Below are positions 32,012 to 64,000 of a stretch of 64,000 nucleotides of DNA, one piece after another. The notes under the pieces are model-generated. The model was not told the DNA's origin. It saw only the letters and a program-made list of their open reading frames with translations, and did no database searches. A program made the translations under genes and the position numbers. Source of the stretch: Rebecca billardiae RCC1528 (taxonomy: Eukaryota; Protista; Haptophyta); assembly GCA_965240325.2 (NCBI GenBank), contig OZ251252.1:886025-950024 (forward strand), read 5' to 3'. Each line of letters opens with the position of its first letter. Positions within the stretch are counted from its first letter, which is position 1.

Positions 32012-32434
32012 ATGGCGGGCGAGCCAGCGCTCACGATGCTCATGCCGGCCAGCGTGGCCGTGAGCTGGGCCGCGCTGCTCGCCGACGGGCTGCGGCCGCG
32101 CGGCGCGCTGGTGGCGGCGATCTTCTACTGGGGCTGGGCGCTCAAGAACTGGGTGGCGGGGCCCTTGCGCGGCGACGCGGGGCTGTTCACCTTCGCGGCG
32201 TACGCGTACGCCCGCCACGCCGCGTGGTCCGCCGGCTCGCTCACCGTGTGCGCCGCCATCGTCGCCGCCAACTACGGCGCGCCGGCGCTGCTGTTTGCCC
32301 CAGTGCCGACCGCCAAGCTCGCGCGCAAGCTGAAGAAGTCGGAGGCGTGGGTGCGCGTGTTCCGGGCGTACTGCGTGGCGGCGGCGTCGTACTGGGCCGC
32401 CGTCGCGCTCGGGCACCACCGCGAGTCGCACTGA
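32012..32434 (+). CDS. Small multi-pass membrane protein of unknown function (140 aa)
   Basis: Several hydrophobic, aromatic-rich segments (AAIFYWGWAL, GLFTFAAY, VCAAIVAANYG, YCVAAASYW). Confidence 0.7.
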   Translation: MAGEPALTMLMPASVAVSWAALLADGLRPRGALVAAIFYWGWALKNWVAGPLRGDAGLFTFAAYAYARHAAWSAGSLTVCAAIVAANYGAPALLFAPVPTAKLARKLKKSEAWVRVFRAYCVAAASYWAAVALGHHRESH

Positions 32435-33182
32435 CGACGCCGCCCGACGGCGCGCGCAGAGGCCCCCGCGCCACTGCCCACTCTCCCTGAGGCCCTCTGT
32501 CTGAGTGCGCGCGGGGCCGAGCTCCGCTGTCGCACTCGCTTCACGCGAGTGCAGTGCTGGGCCCGCCGAGGCCCGACGGCGGCGCAGTCCGGGGGGAAGT
32601 ACTAGACATGCGCGAGGCCGCCCGTGGCGAACGGGCCACGCCGCAGCCTACGTCTGATTGGCTCTGTCCCAGCGGCGGCAGCGTGCTGGCAACTAACTCA
32701 AGTCTCAACGACAACGTCGTTATGTACTGTGTACTAGTGATGTACAACGCGCGGGCCGAACGCCAACGGCTGCCGGGCGCCAAGTGCCGGTGACGAGACG
32801 TGCGAGCCAGAGCCGTCAGCTGTCCGAAGCAAGCGTCCAGCTGGACGCGTGTGCGAGAGTGGCATGTCCCCGCCGTGGGGGGCATGGCTGCCGATGAAGA
32901 CGGGCGGACGCTGGCGCGGGCCCACATGCCGCTTATCCGTACCATACGGCTTACCGCGTTCGCAGTCTGCCCAGCAGATCTAGCCGGTTCGGCCAGCGGC
33001 GGCCACCCGTCGTCACTTCGGCGCCGCCCGAGCACCGGACTCAAAAATGTCCGTCGAGACTCGACGGAGGCGCCAGCCAGCGCGCGTCTCGGCGCGAGGC
33101 CGACGTCGCAGCAGCAGCGCCCGGGCCGCAGCTCACCACCCGCACACGGTAGCCGCACACGCGAGGGGCGCGCACCGCACCG

Positions 33183-35004
33183 ATGCCACGCAAGCGCGAC
33201 GACGACTCGGACGACGAGGTGGAGCGGCGGCGCAAGAAGCGCACGCGCGAGGTGCGCGCGCCCTCGTGAGCCGCAGCCGCTGCTGCCGCCGCGCCGCGCG
33301 TGCCGCGCGCGCCGAGCCGCGCGCGAGCGCGCGCGCCGGCGGCGGGGGCGGGCGCGCGCGGCACAGCTCGCACCGCGGCCGCTGCGCGTGCGCGGCGCGC
33401 GCGTGCGCACGCGCGCGCGCGGCGCCGCGCGGCCGCCGCTCGCCGCCGGCGTGCGGCGCGCTTGGAGGCTGTCCGCACGGCGGCCGCGGCCGCGGCGGCG
33501 GCGGCGGCGCGCGGCGCGCGGCGCGCGCGCGGCGAGTGTGGCGCGTGGGCTCGTGCCGCGCTGCCGCCCGCGCTCACGCCCAGCCGCATCCGCCCATGCG
33601 CGTGCTCGCCCCCGCGCCGCTGCTCGTGCGCCATTGCTCCCGCCGCCGCCGCCGCGCCGCACCGCGCCGCCGCGCCGCGCCGCCGCGCCGCGCCCGCGCG
33701 CCGCCGCGCCACGCAGCGCCGTCGCGACGACTCGGGCGGCTCGGACGACGGCGGCAGCGGCGACGACGAGCGGCGGCGCTCGCGCAAGGCCCGCTCGCGC
33801 CGCCGCCGCGACGACGGCTCGGACGACGACTCGGACGACGGCGGCCGCGAGCGCCGTCGCTCGCGCCGCCGCGATCGCGACGACGGCGGCGGCGACCGGG
33901 GCCGCCGCCGCTCCGCCGACGCGGACTCGGACGCGGAGGGGCGCGAGCGGCGGCCCCCGCCGCCGGCGGGTGGCGGGGCTGGCGCGTACCGCGGGCGCTC
34001 GCCCTCGCCGCCGCCGCGCGACCGCGCGCCGCCGCCCCCGCCGCGCGACGGCGGTGGCTACGGCGGGCCGGCGCGCGGTGGCATGCACCCGGGGGGCGCG
34101 GCGCCGCTGCCGTCCGCGCCGCCGCCGCCGCCCGGCGGGTACGGTGGCGGCGGGCTGGGCGGTGGGGGCGGGTACGGCGGCGGCGGCGCGTACGGCGGCG
34201 GCGGCGGCTACGGCGGCCCGCCCGGCGGCGCGCCCGCGTACGGCGGCGGCGGTTACGGCGGTTACGGCGGCGGCGACGGTTACGGCGGCGGTTACGGCGG
34301 CGGCGGGTATGGCAGCGGCGGCGGCGGCGGATACGGCGGCGGCGGCTACGGTAGCGGCGGCGGCGGCGGCGGTGGGCCGGAGGAGTGCCGCGACTTCAAG
34401 GTGCGCCCGCGCCGCGGCGCGCGCACGCGCGCGTGCGCGCGCCTGCCCGCTGCGCGGCCGCCCTCGGCCGTGCGCGCGCCCCAGCGGCCGCCGCGCGGCT
34501 CCGGCCCAGCCGCGCGCCGCCGCGCGCCGCGTGCCCCGCCCCGCCCGGGCTCACACGCACGAAGCCCGGCCCCGCGCCGCCGACCGCCTCGCCCGTCGCG
34601 GCGCAGATGGGCCGGTGCCAGCGCGGCAGCAGCTGTCGTTTCTCCCACGCCGGCGCGCCGCCCGGCGGCGGCGGCGGCGGCGGCGGGCCGCGTGCTCCGC
34701 TCGGTGGCGGCGGTGGCGGCGGCGGTGGCGGCGCGGCGGGCGAGCCCCCGCTGTGCTTCGACTATCAGCGCGGGCGCTGCCACCGCGGCGACCTCTGCCG
34801 CTTCCGCCACGTCGAGAACTCGGGTGCGCGCGTGCGCGCGTGCGGTGCGTGCGCGCTGCCGGCTGCGCGCTCGGCGGCGGGGCGGCGCGTGCGCGTGGGC
34901 GCGCGTGTGAGTGTGCCGCGCCGCCCTCGCGCAAGCTCACCGCCCCTCCGCCTCGCGCCCGGCGCGCGTGCGTGCGCTCCGATTGGCGTCGGCGCCGCCG
35001 AGTA

Positions 35005-35040
<36 letters not shown>

Positions 35041-35231
35041 TTTTTTGGTGACGATGACAGCGGCCGTGGGCGCGGCGGCGGCGGGCGCGGCGGCGGGCCG
35101 CCGGACGTGCCGTTGCCGCCGCCGCCGCCGCCGCAGCCCGCGGACGGCGACGGCGGCCTGCCGCCGCCGTCCGAGCTGCCGCCCAACCCCGCGCGCGAGG
35201 ACGGCAGCGCCGACGGCGGCGGCGGCGCGCC

Positions 35232-35275
<44 letters not shown>

Positions 35276-35364
35276 AGGAGGGCGAGGGCGGCGCCGCCGG
35301 CTTTGCTCTGCTCGACGAGGATGAGGAGGAGCCCGCGGACGAGGACAACTTCCGCCGGCGCTGA
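33183..35364 (+). CDS. Gly-rich, Arg/Asp-rich tandem CCCH zinc-finger RNA-binding protein, 4 exons
   Basis: Exons 33183-33251, 33717-34400, 34607-34823, 35006-35364. Fingers ECRDFK|MGRCQRGSSCRFSH and LCFDYQRGRCHRGDLCRFRH, GGYGG repeats, and an NLS-like RRRKKR. Confidence 0.85.
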
Positions 35365-36703
35365 GCTGGGTGGGTGGGAGTGGCGCTGTGGGCGCAAGGC
35401 GGGGGCGGGCGCCGCGTGCGAGAGCGAGCCGCCGGGCCGCCGGCACGCGGCGTGCCGCTCCGGACCCCGGGCTGCAGCCGGCTACGGCGCTGCAGCAAGT
35501 GGCTGCGCCGCCAACGGCTGCGCAGGCTTGCCCGCCCTGGCCGCACGCGGCCGGCTCGTCCGTTGGCGGCGCAGACCGGGCCGCCGATCGATGCTTCGCC
35601 GGTCGGCCGCGCGCGCCGGTCGGTCGGTCACGGCCGGCGCCTCGCCCTCTGCCGCCTGGCCGCCGCGCTGGCAGCGGCATGCACTCACTACTCAGATGCA
35701 GAGTGCCGGCTTCGTCGGGGCTTGCCGCCCGCCAAGGCGCCAGCCCGGAGCCCCGCGCCGGGTCTGAGGCGCGCCCGGGCCGGGCCCGGCGGCGCGGCCG
35801 GCCATTTCCTGAGGGCGTGCTGCGGCTGACGAGACAGCTCCTGTCGCGTCCATCCGCGCGGCGCGCGCGTTCCGCGCGCGCGCTAGTTTATTCGTGCCAC
35901 GCGCCGACGCCGCGGCCGGGGCGCCGCCCGGTCTAACAGTTTCGTAACGTCGTCATCATCATCAGCAGACATCATCACATCGCACGCGGCGCCACGGCGG
36001 TATTGATGATCATGATGATAATTGAACTCGCTCGGCCGAGCGCGCGAGCCTATATATATATAAAATAAATATTAGTATTATTATTATTATTGATGATAAT
36101 TATTATATATATTATAATAATACTACTTATTAATATATTTTATATAATATATAGTTCCGGCGGGATCAGCAGACGTGAGACGATCGGTAACTCAGCTGTC
36201 TCCGATAGGCGATTAGCGATAGTGCTGGCTGTAGCCTGTTTGACTTTATTAATATTAATATAGTAGTCTGTACGTACAATCCGTCAAATACGATGATACT
36301 GTACTGCTGCTGTCCGATATATCGGTCGTCGTCCTGCGAGTGGCCCAGTAGAGTCGTGTCGTATCGTTACTCGCACGAGCGGCGCCGCAGGGCCTGGCAG
36401 GCCAGAACCGTCGGACCGTCCCGGCACGGCCACGCGCCCGCACCCGGGTGCCCGCGGGTCAGCGCGGACGGGCGGCCGCGGCGCCGCACAGTGCGCGTGG
36501 CTCGACAGAGCTGGCTGGCACGCCGCGGCGCGTGAGAAACTAGGCGCGGCCGGTGGCTCCGCGGGCTCGCTGAGCCTCGCGCGACCGGGAGGGGCGTGCG
36601 CAGAAGGAGCACCCGCGCGTGTAGTACGCCGCCGGGTGGCGGCGGCTCTGAGTGCGCTGAGTGCTGAGCGCTCTGACGGTCTGCGAGAGGGCGGCGCGGC
36701 GGC

Positions 36704-37180
36704 TCAGGCGCCGCCGATGAGGTGGTGCGGGCCGAGCACGAGGTTGAGGTGGCTGCCCATCACCACGCCGCAGCTCTCGAGGCTCGCGCCCTCGTCGAGC
36801 ACCTTCCCGTCGAAGATGAGCCGCTGCACGTCCTCGTCGATCCCCTCGGCAAAGTGGATCTTGGACATGACGGCGTGGACCGAGTCGGTGGCCTGCACGC
36901 GGAGGGAGACGGTCTTGCCGGTGGGGCGGTCGATGGTGATGTCCATGCCCGAGACGGCGTGCGGGCCGAGCACCAGGCTCAGGTGGTCGCCCTCGTGCAC
37001 GCCGTAGTCGGCGAGCGTGTGGCTGTCGTCGAGCACCTTGCCGCCAAAGATGAGCCGCTGCGTGTCGTCGTCGGGGCCGGCGAGGTCGTGGATGCGCCGC
37101 TTGACGCCGGCAACCGCGTCGGTGGGCTGCACCCACAGCTCGAGCGTCGCGCCCGTCGGCCTGTCCACGGTGATCTTCAT
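36704..37180 (-). CDS. Tandem di-ubiquitin-like protein (158 aa) ending ...LIGG-A
   Basis: Two beta-grasp units: MKITVDRPTG...QRLIFGGKVLDDSHTLADYGV...LSLVL and MDITIDRPTGKT...QRLIFDGKVLDEGASLESCGV...LNLVL. Confidence 0.9.
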   Translation of the reverse strand: MKITVDRPTGATLELWVQPTDAVAGVKRRIHDLAGPDDDTQRLIFGGKVLDDSHTLADYGVHEGDHLSLVLGPHAVSGMDITIDRPTGKTVSLRVQATDSVHAVMSKIHFAEGIDEDVQRLIFDGKVLDEGASLESCGVVMGSHLNLVLGPHHLIGGA

Positions 37181-37270
37181 CTGCTCGGGCGGTCGGGGGT
37201 TGCGGTGTTGTGAGGCTGGGCGTGCGCGGCCGGGTCTGCGCTTTTCGCGTGTTCTCGCGTGCGCGAGAGC

Positions 37271-37325
37271 TGATTGGCCGGCGTCGGGATGGCCCAACCA
37301 GGGCCCAGCTCCATCCGCCAATCAG
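37271..37325. promoter_or_regulatory. Pair of oppositely oriented CCAAT boxes upstream of the di-UBL gene
   Basis: tgattggcc at ~37272 and gccaatcag at ~37317. The same motif occurs upstream of other genes (9783, 32655). Confidence 0.45.
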
Positions 37326-37630
37326 CGCGCGACAAACTGCCTTGGCCTGCTTGCCGCTGACGAAGCGAGCCAGTGATTTACGGCTACCTCGGTGAGTATC
37401 TCCCTTGCTTGAAGCCTGGAACGGGGGTTGACCTATGAGCGGGCTCCACCCACTTTACCCGCGGCCGGCCTTGGAAATAATGAAAGTGTGGTAAGTAAGT
37501 GCCGAGCGGGATGTCTGCTCATATGACGAACACATCCTCGCCGGCCAAGGCCCGCGTGCAGCGCGCCGCCACCGGCACCGCGCTGCGCCGCTGCGGGACG
37601 CGGACGGCGTGCGCAGGCCGTGCGTGCGCC

Positions 37631-39292
37631 TCAGAACGGCGGCGGTGGCAGAGGCGGCGGCCCGGCCGTGCGCGCGGCCTTGTGGGCGCCAAACGCGCCG
37701 CCCGCGCCATCGAGCCCCACGCCGTCGCCCTCCTCCCCGCCGCCCTCCTCCTCGCCCTCGCCCTCGCCACCGCCGCCGCCGCCCTTGGGCGCGCCGCCGC
37801 CGCCGCGCTTGGCGCCCGCCTGCGCCTTGAACTTGCCCACGCGCTCGATCGAGTGCCGGTACGGCGCGCTCGGGTCGAGGCGCGCGCGCCCGGCGGCGAG
37901 CTCGTCGGCGGAGGGCAGCGGCGCCTCGCAGTAGCGGGAGAGGTGCGCGCCGCGGTAGCCCTCCCTGCGCCCGCCGCCGCCGCCGCCGCCGCCGCCGCTC
38001 GCGGCGCCGCCGCCCGGCCCGGCGGCGGCGGCGGCGCCGGCGGCTGCCACGCCCGCGCCGCCACCGCCGTGCAGCAGCGCCGGCGGCGGCGGCGGCAGCG
38101 GCGGCAGCGGCGGCAGCGGCGGCGGCGGCAGCCCCGCGAGCACCCCGCCCGCCTCCGCGCCGGCACCACCGCCAGCCCCGCCCGCCAGCCCCGCGCGCGC
38201 CAGCAGCGCCATCGCCTTCTTCTTGCGCCGCACGTCGCGCTTGCGCTTCTGCACGAACCACTCGTGTACTTTCTCTGGCGGCAGGCCAGTCTGTAGCGCG
38301 AGCGCGCGCTGCGCGGGCGGCGTCGGGTGCGGCGCGGCGATGAAGGCGCCGAGCAGCACCGCGCCCACGATGCGCTCGTCCATCTCCGACTGCTTCTGGC
38401 TGCGGCGCGCACACAGCACACCACGGCCGCGGGCACGCACGGGCACGCACACACGGGCGCACGCGCGCACACACACGCGCACACACGCACACACACACGC
38501 ACACACACGCACACACACACACGCACGCACGCACACACACACACACACACGCACGCACGCACGCACGCACGCACACACGCACGCACACACACACGCACAC
38601 GCACACACACACACACACGCACGCACGCACGCACACACGCACGCACACACACACACGCGCACACGGGCACGCACGCGCGGCGGCGGCGGCGGCGGACGCG
38701 GCGGCGGGCAGCGCGCATCTCATGAGCCCGCCGCCGCGCACGCCGCGTGCGCACGCGCGGCTCTCGGCGCCTCGCGCGCGCGCGGCGCGCCAACGCACGC
38801 GAGCTTGCGCCCCATCTCCTGGAGTTCACGGCCCAGCCCGTCCGCGCGCCGCTCGAGCGCCTTGGCCTCGCGCGGCGTGAGCACGGCGGCGGCGCGGCTG
38901 CCGCCGCTGCCCGACCGGGCGCCGCCGAGCTTGGTGCCGCCCGGCGCGCGCGCGCGCTTGGTGGGCGTGGTGGCTGCGGCGGCCGTGGGCGGCGCCGCCG
39001 CCAGCGCCACCGTGCCACCGCCCGCGCTCGCCAAGCCCGCGGCCGCCGCCGCGTGCGCGGCGCCGGCGGCGGCGCCGGGCGGCCGGGATGCAAGCACGTC
39101 GTTGGACAGCGACGCGAGGTCGGTGAAGTGCGCGCTCGGCGGCGCGAGCGCGGGGTCGGCGGCGGGGAGCGTGGGGAGCATGGGCGCGCTCGAGAGCGCC
39201 GCGTGCGCGCCGAGCGGCGCGCACGCGCCCATGCCGCCGCCGCCGCCGCCCAGCCCCGAGTGGTGCGCGCCGCCGTCGCCCAATGGCTCCAT
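37631..39292 (-). CDS. Homeodomain-like transcription factor, 2 exons
   Basis: Exons 39292-38799 and 38399-37631 (GT-AG intron rich in CA/GT repeats). The segment [40 protein letters not shown] has homeodomain helix 1-3 spacing. Confidence 0.75.
38445..38675. repeat. Compound (CA)n/(CGCA)n microsatellite in intron
   Basis: Seen directly. Similar intronic tracts occur at 5773-5890, 43805-43860 and 60730-60790. Confidence 0.9.
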
Positions 39293-39488
39293 TGCTGCTG
39301 CCGCGAGAGGGCGCCGCCCCCTGCCGCCGCGCAGCCGCGCTTCGTCAACGCGGCGATCGCGCGCCGAGAGTCCGGGAGCGTTGCCGGCGCTTGCGCACCC
39401 GGACTGAGGACGGCGCCTTGCTCGGTGGGGCAGGGAGGTCGCCGCCAGCGTGCGAGACGCTGCGCCTTGACGCGCGCCCCGCGGAGCC

Positions 39489-62033
<22,545 letters not shown>

Positions 62034-63160
62034 GCCGCGCGGCGCGCAGTCCGAGCCCGCCGCCGCCGTGCGCGCGCTGCGCCGGCCGGCGGCGCGCGGC
62101 GGCCGCGCGCGGCGAGGCCATCAGCACGCCGGCGCCGACCGGACGGTAGCCGTCGCACGCGGGCGGGCGGGGAGCCGCCGCTCGGCAGGCTGCCCGCGCC
62201 GTGGTGGCCACTGGCCGGAAGTAGCGCGAACCTAGCTTCCAAATACGCGAGAAGTAATAATAATTATTATTATAAGTGCTGATATGATGGTTATTCGTGC
62301 GCGAATTGTCAAGCGTGAACTCGCGTCACGAATGATGGGCCGAATGTGAATTAATGTGATGAGTACGCAGCGCCGAATGATGCTGATGAGCGGTTTTTGG
62401 GGCGATGGCCGACGCGACGGGAGTGGTGGGTTTGGCAGTCCGCGGCGGTTATCGCGTTATGACTGCCGCGTCGCTGCTCCGCCGCCGCCCGTGCCCCTCC
62501 CCGCTAGGTGGGCGTATACCTGGCCGGACGCGGGCTCGGCGCTCGCAGCGGCATCGCCGGAGTGACCGCACGGTGACGAGATGTGAGTCGGAAGCAGCTC
62601 GCCTTTGCGGCGCGGGTACCAAGCGGAAAGTGAGCGTACCTGCAGGCGGGCCGACCCTCGGCGTGACAGGCGCACCTTCGGGGCCGGTCAGGGCAGCCCA
62701 CGTCGTGCAGCCGACCGCTTCCGCCGCGACTGCCCCCCGGCGCACCCTGCCCCGGCCGACGCCTGAGCACAGCGGTCCCGCCCGGGCCCGGGGCCCCCGG
62801 GCGGCAGGCCGCGGCGGCGCCGGCACACTCACGGACAGCCAGCGGCGCTCCTCCGCCTCCTTCGCTCCCCGTTCCTCGTTGTCCCCCCCTGGCGTGGTGC
62901 GCGTGCATCACGCTCGAACTCTCACGATGCTGCTTCGGCGTCCTTCTGCGGCGGCATCCGACGGTCGTGCGCACTGCGAGGCGGAGCGCGAGGTGCTGGG
63001 CACTGCCGTCCGTCGTGCTCCCTCCTCCCCATGGCCCACTGCTTTACTCGAGGGGAACGCTCAGCGCCTTCTGCTTCTCTCATCCGCTCGTGCGCGACCA
63101 CGCTTGTGCTGGGTGTCCTTCTGAGGCGTCCGGTGGCCGGGCGCACATCGGGGGCGCACA

Positions 63161-63982
63161 TCGGGGTGGTAAGTGAGGTGCCGGTGCGCTGCCGTCCGTC
63201 GTGCGCGCTCCTCGCTCATCTCCACCTGCTTCGCTCGAGCGTGGGCGCGCTCGGCGCTGTCTGCCTCGCTCGCGCGCGAGCGCATTTTGGCGCTGGACGA
63301 GACTCGTGCGCATCCATGCTGCTTCTGCGTCCATCGGCAGCGTCCGGCGGCTGGGCGCACGGCGGGGCGGCGCCAGCGGGCGTGTGTCGGGCACGCTCCA
63401 CGCTCCTCACCAGCTGCTGCGCGCTCGCGGGGGCGCGCTCAACAACACGCTCCTCACCAGCTGCTGCGCGCTTGCGGGGGCGCGCTCAACAACACCTTCT
63501 GCCCTTCGTCCGAGCTGGAGCGCATGTCGGCGGCGCGGGCAGTGAGCGCACACATGCTGCTTCGGAACGTCGGGGTGGTAAGCGAGGTGCCGGTGCGCTG
63601 CCGTCCGTCGGGCGCGCTCCTCGCTCATCTCCACCTGCTTCGCTCGAGCGTGGGCGCGCTCGGCGCTGTCTACCTCGCTCGCGCGCGAGCGCATTTTGGC
63701 GCTGGACGAGACTCGTGCGCATCCATGCTGCTTCTGCGTCCATCGGCAGCGTCCGGCGGCTGGGCGCACGGCGGGGCGGCGCCAGCGGGCGTGTGTCGGG
63801 CACGCTCCACGCTCCTCACCAGCTGCTGCGCGCTCGAGGGGGTGCGCTCAACAACACGCTCCTCACCACCTCACCAGCTGCTGCGCGCTCGCGGGGGCGC
63901 GCTCAACAACACCTTCTGCCCTTCGTCCGAGCTGGAGCGCATGTCGGCGGCGCGGGCAGTGAGCGCACACATGCTACTTCGG
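63161..63982. repeat. ~409-bp tandem duplication (2 copies) with an internal ~46-bp sub-repeat
   Basis: Copies start tcggggtggtaag at 63161 and 63570 and are near identical. The sub-repeat acgctcctcaccagctgctgcgcgct...ctcaacaac occurs twice per copy. Confidence 0.9.
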
Positions 63983-64000
63983 CGTCCCGTTCTCGGCCAT

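Overview
Very GC-rich (about 80% by eye), intron-containing eukaryotic nuclear DNA. It shows GTGCGC/GCAG splice sites, TTAGGG telomere-type repeats and bipartite plastid-type presequences, which suggests an alga with a complex plastid such as a haptophyte (inference only). I can support about 17 protein genes: a J-domain protein (runs off the left edge), spliced TypA/BipA GTPase, PPX1/PRUNE-type DHH phosphoesterase, a Tat-targeted thylakoid-lumen protein, a ~2,850-aa EF-hand protein, a DUF2993-like protein, a PDZ+NPF protein, a secreted sulfotransferase-fold protein, CDC26, a SnoaL/NTF2-like protein, a RINGv/MARCH E3, two small unknowns, a CCCH zinc-finger protein, a tandem di-ubiquitin-like protein, an atypical homeodomain protein, and a ~22.5-kb HUWE1/Tom1/UPL1-type HECT E3. 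A ~409-bp tandem repeat sits at the right edge. Most long ORFs in the supplied track are antisense or off-frame shadows of GC-rich genes. The most interesting signals are: (1) telomere-repeat tracts inside genes, flanked by direct repeats that look like target-site duplications, several kept in frame as Pro-Asn/Pro-Thr runs; (2) an ISG15/FAT10-like di-UBL ending in GG-A with a non-ubiquitin tail; (3) a dispersed palindrome, (CCG)AGATTGCAATCT(CGG), present 7 times in coding and intronic DNA.
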